Source: Raillietiella orientalis (taxonomy: Eukaryota). Taken from it: a stretch of 64,000 nt of DNA. Of the stretch, positions 12,601 to 24,089 are shown piece after piece; positions within the stretch are counted from its first letter, which is position 1; each line of letters starts with the position of its first letter. The position numbers and the translations under genes are program-made. The notes beneath the pieces are model-generated. The model was not told the origin of the DNA. It saw nothing but the letters and a program-made list of their open reading frames with translations, and made no database searches. The stretch covers positions 1,922,001 to 1,986,000 of the forward strand of contig JAYWIR010000037.1 of the NCBI GenBank assembly GCA_036172245.1, read 5' to 3'.

Positions 12601-15600
12601 CTTCCTCGGTGTGAAATGCCCTGAAGGACTTTGGCAGTCACGAGTACCAAAAGCACTCCACGAGCGGTACGGACATTTTTTCAAGGGATTCCTCATCACC
12701 TCGGTGAAAGGAGCCAAAGGTCACGCGGGTCAAAGGGACCCACGTTGAGAACTCGCAGCGTTCCTCGAGCGCGACCTGTCGGGCAATCTCCTGTTTCTCA
12801 GTCCTCCCTCCACACGCCCTCACCGAGAAGCAGGGAATTTCCTGGACGCGCACGCACGTGAGCTCGTTTGATTTGTTGCAGATCTTCCCCAGGCGCGAGC
12901 CGCCCCCAGGTTCGCGACGGGGTAGTTTTCCTCCCTCAGAAGGGAAGCAGTCTTGATCGAGAAATGCAAGGATCTGACCCCCGTGTGTGTGCGTGTGCGT
13001 GGGGGGGGAGGAGAACACGGAGTGCTCCGAGGGGAGCACCGACCGCAAGCGGGGTGGCCACAAGGCCATCGAAAGGAGTTGCGGGGAATCCTGGAAGGAC
13101 CCACCTGTTGAATCGCGAAAGGGAATGGCGAGAAGTGAGCGCGAGGACCGGGTGGGGAAGAGCAGGTCCCGCAAGTCCGTCTGCCTGCATCCCGGATTCG
13201 GGAGCCTCCAGCAGAAGATGTCGGAAGAGGGTGCGATTCGAAATCCCCAAAGATCATCAGAAATAAACGCGCGTGCTCATCCCGCACAGATTCATACGCA
13301 GATTTATTTTAATATACATAGTTATTGATATTTATTAACCTGCAACAGTAATATTATTGGAACAGATGTATTTATTGAGATTCAGTGAATGTGACTATAA
13401 GCTCGGACTGATCATATTGTTCAGATACATATTATTGATTATAAGGAAGAAATATATGTGTTTATCATATATATTGATATATATATATGTAAAGATGAAC
13501 ATATATCATGAAGATTATGAAAAAAATATATACACAATCATTATATGTACGGCTATAGATATTTATGCACATAATAAAGATACTCATTTATTTTTTATCA
13601 AAAATTATTTACAGATATCTCTATTATTTATAGATGTTTTTTTATCTATGCATTATAGATTTGAAAAATCTTTAAATGTCTTTATGTTTCATAAATATCT
13701 TTATTTTAAATAAAGACATTTAGATATTATCTTTATTTTATCATAGTTAAATCCTTCTTAAATCTTAAATCTTTATTATTATTAGAATATATCATTATCT
13801 TCATTTTGTTATTTCAAATGAAAGTATTTAGATATTATTAGATTGAGATAAATATCTATATATTACAGATAGAAATAAGTGCAATTCTTACTGTAAACAT
13901 CAAAATTCACAGATTATATACCAAAGTAAGTAAATATAAATATGTACATACATATATGTATAAATGTGTGTATAAATATCTGATGCTTCGTATAATGAGT
14001 ACATATATTTCTTTTTCATAATTTTCATGATATATATTGATCCCTGCATATATATATATATATCAATATATACAATAAGCACATATATTTATTTCTTCTA
14101 ATCGGTAATACATATCTCAACAATATGATCAACGTATAATGTATGTCACTGAATTCAATGAATAGAATTCAATAGAATTATCTGTTCTAATAATATAACT
14201 ATTAATAATACCTAAGTTAATAACTTTGCATAAATATTTATGTTAAAATGAATTTCTACATCAATCTTTGTGGAATAAGCATATTTGTTCATTTTTTTCG
14301 GAGTTGGCGATTCGGGTCGTCGGCGCCGTTTGACAGGGCGGGTAGCGTCGGCGTTGGCGACAGCGTGGCTGCGGCCTTCCGCGAGTGGCACCAACGGTTG
14401 CGGGTTCGAATCCCACCGGGATTAGGAGCGACCCGGAGAAATGGGTGCGTCGTCATGGATTTCGAGTCTCCACGTAGGACGCCGGTTGTCTCCACAGACC
14501 TCGGGTGTGGCACTGACATGATGTTTGTACGCAGTAGAGACTAGGTGACCTCTCTGACTAGGTCCAGAATTGGGAGTACATCTCCCCTCCACCTCCCTCC
14601 AATTCTGCAGACCCAGAAGCGGGTCGGTGAACTTTTGTGGTTCCTTGAAACGTGGATGATGATCATGGAAAACTTCGAGGACGGAATCTCCAATGAAGGG
14701 AGCGATCCGAGATGCTGGAAGACGGAAAGTTCAGTACAAGAAAGGGAGGCCAATCAAAAAATGAAAACTAAAGAAAATTCATAACAGGGGCACGGCCCTA
14801 CTGTACAATAACTTCATCTGCGAATTTGGGTGTGCCAACTGATCGGTGGCTCAGAGCTCACCTCTGTTTCATTCTCTTGAGCCCGAAGACGATAGGAAAG
14901 ATCGCAGAGCGTATCCATGATTACGACAGCCAATTAGCAAAACATGGGAATCATTGAAGATGTCAACATCGTGGCGCAGAGCCTCGGCTACAAAAAACAA
15001 CAAAAAAAACATTAAAGGTTTTGGTGAAGCTCCAGTGGCCGAAGTGGGATCATGTCCAGGTTACGGTTATTCCCAATCCCCTTAAACCAGTCAGATTGCT
15101 GACTTCCTAGTGTAGAAAAAGCAATTAGACTTTTTTGCAGCGCTGCGTTCAAGTCCCGAGAGTGTCCTGCCCTTCCAGGAGCATAGTAGGAAGCCGAAAG
15201 TAAGCATTATCCGCTGATAAGCAATTTATCTTCCTTGGAGGAACACGCTATCTGTAGGACCCCATAAAAGTAAGCGAAGAGCACATACGCTTTCGGGGCG
15301 CTCACCAATAAATTAATTCGGGATGATTAACATCGGCAAGTCCGAATGTTCTCCTCCATTCCCTATTTCCTCATTAACCTCCATCGATAAAAGATAGGTG
15401 CAATTTGCGGACTCCCTGAGCTCATGTGGTAGGCCGCAGGTGGAATGGACGCGTCTCGGAGGGAAAAAAAGGGACAAACCGATGTATTGATTAGTCAGAA
15501 GCATTAGGCAACATTTGGAAGGTTCGAGGTATAAAAACGGGATCCTTCGTCAATGGCACAACGAGCTGCGAAGCCCGGAAAAAAACTTTTGAAATCACAA

Positions 15601-18600
15601 AGTTCGATTCAACCACCCACCTCCTTTCGGCAGCTCCTTGGGATAGCGCTCTTTCGGTTTCGATTTCCTCTTATCCTAGCTCCAAGCAGTTCAGCAATCC
15701 CAGACGAAAGGTTTCCAATGTGCAGTGGCAACACTGGCTGTCAATACATGCATTCATAGAATCGGCACGAACATTATCACAGTTACGTTGAAAATGCTAA
15801 CAGCAGAGGCGGCGGATTGCTGGATAGGAGATAAAGGCATGATCGGAGTCCGAATCACGTGCATCAGAATGCTCCAGAATCTTTCGTGTCCGAAAACTAT
15901 TACCGTGCAATAAAGAAACGCAGTGTTCGTGGGCCAGTGTCCGTCAGCACAACCTTACTTGATCACAAATGATTACCTCCCATCATCTCAGTTACACATT
16001 CTTGGTGCTATAAATCATGGGGCAGGGCACATGCGGGCAGTTTCGGTGCTTCCTTTGAGTAGCCTGTAAGAGCTGAAAGCTGCCTTGAGCGCTCCCGGCC
16101 ACGTGCTTTTCACTGAGTATGCGATTTCTCGAGCCGTGTCGCTTCGACACGCTCGCGTCGGGACGAGGCCACTTCCATCTTCCTGGCCATGTTCCGGTCC
16201 TATCTCGAACCCTCTGGGTCGCCTCCTCTTGCGCACCGTGCGCTTTCCTTTGGGACGTGCCTGTTTCCAATCGAACATGCTGAGAGGGCGTCCCGCAGCG
16301 CTTTCCCTGCCAGACACGGTCCTGCTTCGCGGCGCCCATGTCTTACTGGCGGCAAGACGCGAGGCGAACCAGCAGGGTTTCTGGCTCCACGAGCACCGGA
16401 CCCCTTGCGCGCGTCTCCTCGCATTCCTGTCCTGCTTGTTCCGCTCCCTGAGGAGCGGATTGCGCGTTCCCTCGACCTTCAGGTGCCCGCCTCCTGTTTC
16501 ATCTTCCCTTCTCGTTCTTCAAAAGAACCCTGTGGTTCGCTCGGTCGCTTGAAATTTCTCCCCCGCCTGCTCTCCTCGGGTGCACCGCACGCATCTCCGC
16601 TGGCGCCAAGTCTCCAGCCTTCTTTTGCGCAGGTAAAGGACGCGTGCAGGGCTCCTTGGAGTTGTCAGCTGAGTGTACGATCCCTGTGACGAGGGAGCAG
16701 CCTGAAGCTTCGTCCTCCTTGCTTCAAAGAATGTTCTTCGTGTTCATCTTTGTAGACGGTGAGCGCTTTCGCAACTGAATGTTTAACTTGATGCAATCTT
16801 TGATCCAAGAAACAACCCTGCTGGAACTCGAAATCTCATGAAGATACGCTTTCAAAGCTCTTGCGAAAGAGATTCTCATGGAAAGACGATCCCATCTTAG
16901 TAAACCATTTAGTGACGTAGCTTGTAATCTTTATCCCGGTATTATAATTAGAAAGTGCATATGAAGGATCCAATACAATTTCTGAAACCGTGAGCTCAAG
17001 AAATATCCCTCGCATCCTTTCCTCCTTGATTCCATTCCTCTCATAGTGTATCCAGTCCAAGTTTTTTTTCCAAAAGATCAGTAGCGACCTCATGGGGAGA
17101 TCGTTACTGTTGGCCTAAGGTGATTATCACCCGGTTATGCCAGGGCATTTCTTACGTAAAGTAATAAGAGTGCATTTGTGTAGTAGAACCGTTGGTTCTA
17201 CTATGAGCAATGAACCTGCCGAATACCGATTCGCAGACCGGCGAGGTCCGCTTCGGCAGTGTGGAGGAGGGAAAAAGAAAAACAAAAAATAAGCAGACAA
17301 AATAGGGGAAAGCATTGGGGAGGGAGGAATCGGGGAAGGGGTCACAGTACGCTGCCAGGAGTCCTATGCATCCTGTTCAGGATGCTGACAAGTTCTGCCC
17401 GTATGACGCCCAGGTGGGGCCATCTAGAGGGGGTCTTCAGGGAGATCTGCGCCGAGTAGATGGCGTCCTTGCCATTTCTGTCTCTTCTTCTGGCGTTCCA
17501 GACCTCCACGATTCCGCGGACACGGCTGGCAGCAGAGCACTCGCGAGAAGAGGCGTATGAAAATGTTTCTGGGGCCGCCCACCGTGATACCTAGGATCCT
17601 CGCGAGGCGATCCCCGAAGGGATGGGAGAGCAGCAAATGCGGGAGAGTTTCCTTCTTTCTACACCTGTCGTACTGAGCGTCCACGCTTCCCCGTGTCCAG
17701 TGGTGAAGGCGCGCTTTGCACGGGATTCTCCCCATGCAGCACGACTCCTACCACTTGAGGAGGAGGGTTGCTCTGTTCCAGCACGCTGGGGGCCACTTCA
17801 CTTCTCCAGGGGGACGACGAGCAGCTCTTCCCAGAGTACAAGTCTGTGTGGTGGGACACTTCGCAGCGTCGATCACTTTCTGGGTTGTTCACGTCCCCAA
17901 TACTTTCTTCTTTGCTGCTATGCAGCAAGTCACTTCCCATCTTGCTGGGATTGCTGTTCCTTGCGTCCCTTAGAGACGGAAGTACTAGGGCAAGGGGAGT
18001 AGACAAGTCCCATCGCATATTTTGCGGGTTGCGGACGATCTCCTCCAACGACTTTAGAGTATTGATGCCTCGCTGCAGGCAGTTTTACCCCACCTCGCTC
18101 GCGCCGTGGATCTTTCCCCCATGAGAAGACCGATCTCCTGAAGCCAGTCAGGGCAGTTCGCGGGTCGGCAGGAGATCCAGGTGTTTTCCTCCACCAGGGA
18201 AACCATCTGGAGGAGTTGGCATCTGCAACGCCTCAGCAATCTCTCTCGGGCAACGAGGAGGGATGTGAGTCTCCCTCAGCCGGTTGCGCTCTTCGCGAGG
18301 ACCGTGCTGATGCGCATCAGGGCGTGGTCCATAATCCCCCTGCAAGGGGGAGTCTTCTGAAGTGGAGCTGACGCTCCATCGTCTCCAGCGTAAGGAGGTT
18401 CTGTTCACCATCCTTACGCGGAATACACAAGTCTTTGGGACGGACTCTGGAACTCCCTACAGGGCTTTTCCCAGGAGGTCCTCGGTCTACCTCTTGACGT
18501 CAGATGGGGCGGGACAAACAAAAAGCAGGGGGCGAAGGCGTAGAGCCTCGAACGAGTTTCACACTGCGGCACGTTCTGGCAAAACTTGCCAGGATGACGG

Positions 18601-21600
18601 TAATCCCTTTGGTTCTTTTCTGTTTCGCTTCTTTCCTTCCATCTTTTCTTTTTTTGGTTCGCTAATTACTCAAGCACCGTTCGCCCAGGAGCCACCCGTG
18701 TCAACTCTTCTAGTTATAGGGTGTACCTCGGGAGGGGACCACCCTATGAATCCAGGAAGGTTCCGGAGGAAGGAGTCCGTTCCTCTTACGCTTGGGAGTG
18801 GCGTCGATCTTTTACGGGCATTCGAACCCGCAACGTTTGGTATTTGGTACCACGCGCCGAGACCCGCAGCCACACAGCATCCAACGCAGACATTATTGTT
18901 TCTTTCGATTTTCAAAGAGTCACTTCCTTTATGTGCAACAGAACTTGTCACAGTAAGAAGTAACACTTTGGAAATGACATTTTGAGGGCTGCAAATGATG
19001 CTGAGTATCGATCAAGACCAACAGATTCTCACAATTAATGATTTGTATCCTACCACTCCGATGCATGTCTTCTTTTACACGTACTCTTGTCTGCTTTCAT
19101 CATCATCATTTTGTTTTTGTCCGTCAAATTTCGCAGTGGTTTATGCAGTGCTTCCTATTTTCTGCTTTCTTATCTTCAAAATCCATCACTTGGGATCCCT
19201 TCTGTTTCTTCCTTTGTGTACCAATTTCCTTTGATCTTCCATCCTTTCCTTTCAAGAGAAATCCTGCTTCCACTCTAGTTCACCATTTTAAAATATTCTG
19301 GAGTGTCTCCATTTCATACTTTTTTAGATGGCACAAGTAATCTTGACGTCGTCAAGGATTCTGCATCACAACCGCAGGGGTGCACCACTTATCAGATAGA
19401 AGCAAATGAATGAAACTGTGCAACGAATTGAATCCAATAATAACTAATGCTTTCAGTTCCCCTTCTTGATGCTCCTAAAGAAACACTGCTGGTTCTGAGC
19501 ATTAGATTCTGTCCTGATTATCCCATTCACTTTGAAAACTGCTGACTCGGACAGCAGGGTGTGTGTCCCGAAAGACTACAAAGTCAGTCTTTCGGGACTG
19601 ACTTTGTAGATCTCCTCTACTTGTAGACATATGAGATGCTTACTGTAGATCTTTTCCTTCCTTCTGATGTTCTGCTCATCCTCTACAACTAGGAAGCAAT
19701 GGCTGAGATCAGAAGAATCGAGAGTCGCACGCCTTCGGGAAGCTTGTTGCTTGAGACCTCACATCATCGCTGTTTCTCCAAGATGCGTGCCAATCATTTT
19801 AAAATCTTTCTCTCAGGAGATTTCTGACTTTCTTTTTGCCTGCAGCAAAACACCGCTTTTCGGTTCCATCTCAAAATGGTATGGAAGCTACAAGAATCGT
19901 ACATTTCGCACTGCCAAAGAAGTTTCCCATCACATTTTCAACACATTATTTCGATGAAGAAAGCAGCTCCTCGATGCAGGCTGATTACTGCCATCCTCGA
20001 TTCCCGGATCAGTTTGTAGGCGATCAGTGTTTCCCTTCCACAATGGGAAGCAAAGAATAAGAACATCACGACGCAGGAAGACATGCAAATCCAGCGCACA
20101 GCCTTTCCCTCCCGCCCAAAGCAGAACAAATGATCCCTATGATTTCGCTGAAGCAGTGATGCTGATGTTCTTCCGATAAGGGTCCCTAGATCTAACTTTG
20201 TTGCCTTCAGGAAACACTGAGATTGCGATTTCTTAAGTGCTAAACGTCTGCTTTAGCTAAATTCCTTTTATCTTGAGCATCTTTTCTCTCAATGGAAACC
20301 CTAAGAGTTAGGTTCATTGCCGTTCTCTTAGCAAAGGCGAGGCGCATTTCAAAAGTAAGAGCCGATCGGACATAAAGAAAGAACAAATAATAGAAACAAA
20401 AATGTATCAGTGGTTCGAAACACATCCATCCCCATGTCATTTTTCTGCGCAGCCACCATTCCTTTCCAAACACCTCTGACACCGTGGAAAAAGCCTTTTT
20501 GGAAATTCTGCCTTCTGGGAGTTCAGCCGGACTGCAGTTTTCCACTCTTCTTCACTTTCCTCGAATCGTTGAGCCACTTCTGGAGATGCAAGAAGGAAGA
20601 CGTGGTAGTCACCGGGCAGGACTGTAAGAATGGGTGATATTGAAAAGTCCCCATTTGAATTTCCGAATCCCTCTGGAATGTGCGGATAGCATGTGTTGTT
20701 GCCAAGGCGCGCGTTGTCGTGGAGGAGAACCAACCATTCCTGATCTCAGCATTTTATTCGTCGGTTCTGAATGGCCCGCCGCAGTTTGGAAAGTGCTTCA
20801 CAGCAGACTTGCAAAGTGACGGTTGTTCCATAAAGTCCACCAAAAGCGCACCCTTCTGGTCCCACACACTGCTGTCCGCACTTTCCAGGCAATTCAGAAA
20901 TTCAAATGGCAACTTGTTAATATCCAGGGTGTTGCCCTGCGTGATTTTGACAGAAGTGATAGAATTCGATGGAGGAATTATGCCAACATGCTTAGGCGGT
21001 TTCACTTAAAACATCGAACCAGAGGCTGTTTCCGATGTACACCTGAAAAGAAGCTTTCTCAGCACCTCCAAATTTCCAACCAGATGCCTCAGGTCTCTTG
21101 TTGTCAGTGGCTGCTACATTCCCGAAGAAACCTCCTGCCTTCGTCATCTTTCGTGCATTCTTCGAGACAAGAAAAGTTACGCTAGGATCTGAAATGGGAG
21201 CAGACGATAGGGGATCAGTCGATCCAAGCTGGGACCCTGATGCAAGCTATTGAGCGAAATGAACGCACTTCCCCCTGCAGGCAATGCAGGGCCGTGAGTC
21301 GATTCCAGATAGGTCCAACTATTAAGAGCTCTAGAGAAGCACAAAGCTGTTCACAGCTGCAAAGCATTCCAGTCTTTCCGATGGCGGACGTGAAACGCCA
21401 TAGAATCGACTTCTTCCTATTCCTTTCAGTAGTTCCAGAGATGTCGAAACAACCATGCATGCATTATAAACATCCAGAAGTAATGTTTGCATCATGTGTA
21501 CCGCTAATGTACCTGAAACGACACGCGTTTCCCTCCCACCCCCCCTCTTTTTTTTTTTTTTTTTTCGAGGAGTCAGTTTTTCCAGCTTCCCATTGCGCGC

Positions 21601-22792
21601 TTTTATTTTTCCAAAGGTCATGCCTGCGTGTCCCTCACAAGGGGGCTCTGCGGAAGTATGTTACATGTCCACGTGAACTGAAGTTCACTTGGAGCGCGTT
21701 TCCTGAAGAGGGCTTTCCGTTCCAGCCCGTTCCCCGAGTTCTAATTTTCCTCAACAGGAATCAGTCCGTTCCCAGAAAAATGCGGGAAACGTTTGCGCAG
21801 CTGGGCGGAGCACTTTGGTGAGCTTGCTTCTCTGCAGCCTTCTTCCAGCCGCTGTTCATTTTCAAGAGAATGATGGGTGTCTGCGGCTGCGAATAATCAC
21901 AAGCAGCATTTCTTGTCTTTTGCAGGAGGAGTGTTCATAGTTTTATTCTGTGGCCTTGCGTTTGCCCTGATGGTTGCCATATTGGAGTTCTGCTGGTATC
22001 ACCGGAGGAAAACAAGCACTGTGAGGGCAGTAGCCAGAAAACATTTCTCATCTTGTTGCTTTGCAGTTTCTGATCCTGCATTTCGCCGCTTAGCAAGTTC
22101 CTCGCTGTGAAGCAAGAAATACAGTCGCCTTGTACATGTCTTGATGCGCCCAGCATGTGGTCCCACTGCCTGCCAGTTGCACCAAATGAAATGAGGATAA
22201 TCCGACAGGAGGGCAGCAGAATCTCGCAATGGATGCCTTCAATCAAGGAATTCGAACGCTTAGGGGGACTGGATGAATCGAGAAGTCATGTATTTCAATT
22301 CTCGTCGAGACACAAGTGACGCAATGTAAAGAAAAAAGATGTTTGCTCAGAGGTTGATGCAAACCTGCTACTGCGTCTCCTGGATTGAAGAAATAAATTA
22401 CCTCAGTCGATGTGCTTACTCGATGGGGAAGCACCTGGGACGGTGCCGCTCAGGATTTCGGGATTAGGTTTGAACAGCCGGCATCGTTCATTTTCACCTC
22501 GGGAAGTTTCTGTGATGCCTTCTGAACGCTCGCAGGCTCGTTTATCTGACCGAATGAAAACGGGCATCTGCTTTTCCCTTCGCAGGAAAATCTCGCCTCC
22601 TTCACATCCCCTCTGATGACGGGATTAATTCGCCAAACTTGCGGGCGATTTACACGCAGTAGCTTCAGCTTTCAGTCCCTAGATCAAAGAGACGAAAGGA
22701 GGGATGATGATTCTTGCAGCCAGTTTAGTTTTCCGAATGCAAGCACAACTTGCACAGGAGCAGTTCCAGCTAGTGTCCTCGGCTGCCTGTAG
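3539..22792 (+). CDS. Gene A: kainate-type ionotropic glutamate receptor subunit, 5'-partial; join(3539..3694,6652..6855,6915..7118,7238..7342,7415..7675,7903..8100,8525..8750,9690..9845,21926..22020,22586..22792)
   Basis: Exons splice in frame through GT-AG introns and give ATD end, S1 ([35 protein letters not shown]), M1, M2 ([11 protein letters not shown]), M3 (SYTANLAAF), S2 ([17 protein letters not shown]), [17 protein letters not shown] and M4. From recall the motifs resemble the arthropod Ekar/CG11155-type kainate clade (not verified). Last exon less certain. Confidence 0.95.
5800..6130 (-). mobile_element. Possible highly decayed mariner N-terminal (HTH / WVP) fragment
   Basis: [19 protein letters not shown] and [10 protein letters not shown] loosely resemble TIREIA...SIH and KV.ARWVPK. 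Confidence 0.3.
6197..6578 (-). mobile_element. Mariner transposase 3' relic (arm-A variant)
   Basis: Translations [11 protein letters not shown] (HDNAR-like), [21 protein letters not shown]; nearly identical to 38400-38750. Confidence 0.88.
6652..6855 (+). CDS. Gene A exon: ATD end and linker ([12 protein letters not shown]...[10 protein letters not shown])
   Basis: ttccag / gtgagc boundaries, 204 nt; GLTG.VQF motif. Confidence 0.95.
6915..7118 (+). CDS. Gene A exon: S1 (EAPYVM...GFCIDLL...KYG...[11 protein letters not shown])
   Basis: caag acceptor after a 59-nt intron, gtggtg donor, 204 nt. Confidence 0.95.
7238..7342 (+). CDS. Gene A exon: S1 end ([35 protein letters not shown])
   Basis: ttccag / gtagag boundaries, 105 nt; contains the ligand-binding Arg. 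Confidence 0.96.
7415..7675 (+). CDS. Gene A exon: M1 and M2 pore loop (...[18 protein letters not shown])
   Basis: cgtag / gtgaga boundaries, 261 nt. Confidence 0.95.
7903..8100 (+). CDS. Gene A exon: M3 and S2 start (ALSTRIV...SYTANLAAF...GTTMSFFR)
   Basis: ttgcag / gtgggt boundaries, 198 nt; SYTANLAAF gating motif. Confidence 0.97.
8160..9442 (+). repeat. Diverged direct repeat pair (~8160-8425 and ~9090-9442)
   Basis: Shared blocks cagagtcgtcgtcttcac, ggagtcc, ggggaagct, gccggcg, cccgacgg.aggg. Confidence 0.85.
8525..8750 (+). CDS. Gene A exon: S2 ([11 protein letters not shown]...FMESSMLEY...[11 protein letters not shown])
   Basis: cgcag / gtgatc boundaries, 226 nt, ends phase 1. Confidence 0.96.
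9690..9845 (+). CDS. Gene A exon: S2 end ([18 protein letters not shown]...KWWK...ALGIESIG)
   Basis: cccag / gtaagg boundaries, 156 nt, phase 1/1. Confidence 0.95.
13219..14335. repeat. AT-rich foldback (long imperfect inverted repeat), MITE-like
   Basis: For example tgatcatattgttcagata...atatatcatgaagattatgaaaaa (13409-13527) matches the reverse complement of 14012-14131; abrupt AT richness inside GC-rich flanks; ends approximate. Confidence 0.85.
14345..14515 (+). mobile_element. tRNA-derived SINE-like element, 5' portion
   Basis: B-box GGTTCGAATCC at 14403-14413; head homologous to 18820-18887, 43205-43270 and 57480-57560. Confidence 0.7.
14540..17100 (-). mobile_element. Decayed LINE 5' part (ORF1-like region and APE endonuclease)
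   Basis: Ordered degenerate motifs SIFNV (~15790), ..LET, (G)DLNA (~15150), TDQL (SDH-like, ~14845). Confidence 0.45.
17290..18500 (-). mobile_element. L1/Tx1-like non-LTR retrotransposon, decayed 3' part with zf-RVT
   Basis: [36 protein letters not shown] matches the zf-RVT pattern; GGL-like motif upstream near 18330. Confidence 0.65.
18670..18887 (-). mobile_element. tRNA-derived SINE-like element, internally deleted copy
   Basis: Antisense B-box (attcgaacccg) joined directly to the tail block tatgaatccaggaagg..ggagtccgttcctcttacgcttgggag shared with 43710-43765. Confidence 0.65.
19250..20230 (-). mobile_element. Decayed LINE APE endonuclease
   Basis: CFSEI, GG-rich segment, [12 protein letters not shown] in the expected order. 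Confidence 0.4.
20338..20925 (-). mobile_element. Truncated copy of the self-inverted mariner-derived element, with a TIR-like end (cgaggcgcatttcaaaagtaag)
   Basis: [34 protein letters not shown] motifs; carries the same inversion junction as 38400-39257. Confidence 0.9.
21926..22020 (+). CDS. Gene A exon: M4 ([32 protein letters not shown])
   Basis: tttgcag / gtgagg boundaries; phase matches the previous exon across a 12,080-nt intron. Confidence 0.9.
22586..22792 (+). CDS. Gene A putative terminal exon: cytoplasmic tail ([10 protein letters not shown]...VLGCL*)
   Basis: Strong pyrimidine-rich acceptor cttttcccttcgcag followed by 68 open codons and TAG in phase 0; no conserved motif to confirm. 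Confidence 0.55.
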   Translation, partial: ENLASFTSPLMTGLIRQTCGRFTRSSFSFQSLDQRDERRDDDSCSQFSFPNASTTCTGAVPASVLGCL

Positions 22793-24089
22793 TTTTTAAG
22801 CACATAATTTCTTTTTTTTTTTTTTTTTCTCGCTGTCTGTTTCGTGAATTTTTGTTTCGTCACCTCATGCTTCATTTCGACTGGAAATCAAGAAATTTTC
22901 TGTAATCGATAATGATAATAACTGCAGTAGCAGAAATAATTCAAACGAGCAAAAATTTCAAAAGATGAATAACATGCATACATTTATGGCATGTTCCAGA
23001 AGTTTGCCTGCTCCGAGAACGTGCTGGCACTTCTCGATGTGACCGCGCTGCCGTTAGCGACGAGTTTCCACATTTGAAGGACATAGTCCAGTTGAGCTTT
23101 TCAATCTTTCCTCTCTGTGCAATCTTCAACTTGAGCTGGCTGCAAGCTGTGCTGCTATGCTGGCACCTTGGCAATGCTTCTGGTCGGGTTAGAGGACGTG
23201 TCCGAAGTTGGTTGGTGGTTTGTTATTTTCACGATTCAGTTCAAAAAGATTGCTGACCTCTGCATTGAAAGATACCTGATGGTCCTGAATCTAGAAAAGT
23301 GCTCGGAGGAGCAAGGCCGCAAATTCCATTGAATCTGGACAAGATTCAACGTACAATACAGTTCTACTTTAACTCATCCTGAACTTGTTGGGAAGTTTGC
23401 ATCTCAATTTACTGATCTATTTCAAAACGCAATGAGAACCCACGGAGCCTTTCGTTTGTTTCAGATGGAGCAAAGAGGAGAGAATTCGTGTTTCCTTTGA
23501 GAATGAAAGACGGAAGCTTGATGTCTCCTTTATGTCATTATTTTGTTGGTGCAGAGTGGGATGGTGTATTCGTAGTTGAACTGAAGTAGCGACACTATGT
23601 AATTTGTGTTTGCTTTGCAACGACTTTCCGAGTTGCTGAGCTTAATGTAAATAACCCTGTTTCACCACTTTTATTTCGGGATTTGCAACGAGCAAAAATC
23701 ATACACTCTTCATGTACATCAACTGAATATTCACAATCAACTCAAAAGGAGCTGTTATCTAGATGATATTTCTGACTCATGTCGGTCACTCATGTTGCGT
23801 TAAAGCGATGCAGTGTGAGGTCTTCCATTTCAATATATATATATATTCTAAGATACAAAGGAATTTTTAGGACGCTTTATGTATTGTAATTCGTAACAAG
23901 AAAACATGATGCTGCAGTTTGCACCTTCACCAGCATGTGAATCTAAGCACTTTAGAGTTCATTTGGAGCTCGCACGTGTGAAAAACACCTCTGCAATGCA
24001 CAACGAGGTTGTTTCTCCGATTTCAGAGTTATAAGATATCAAGTCCGCAGATTGCAAAACTACACCTTACACGGGATTCGTCTCCCTAG

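Noticed and set aside
13357..14082. AT-rich ORFs of 118 and 60 aa
   Set aside because: Low-complexity I/Y/K-rich translations of the two foldback arms
14345..14420. Possible tRNA gene
   Set aside because: Has a B-box but no convincing cloverleaf, and continues into a repeat body shared with other copies; treated as a SINE head
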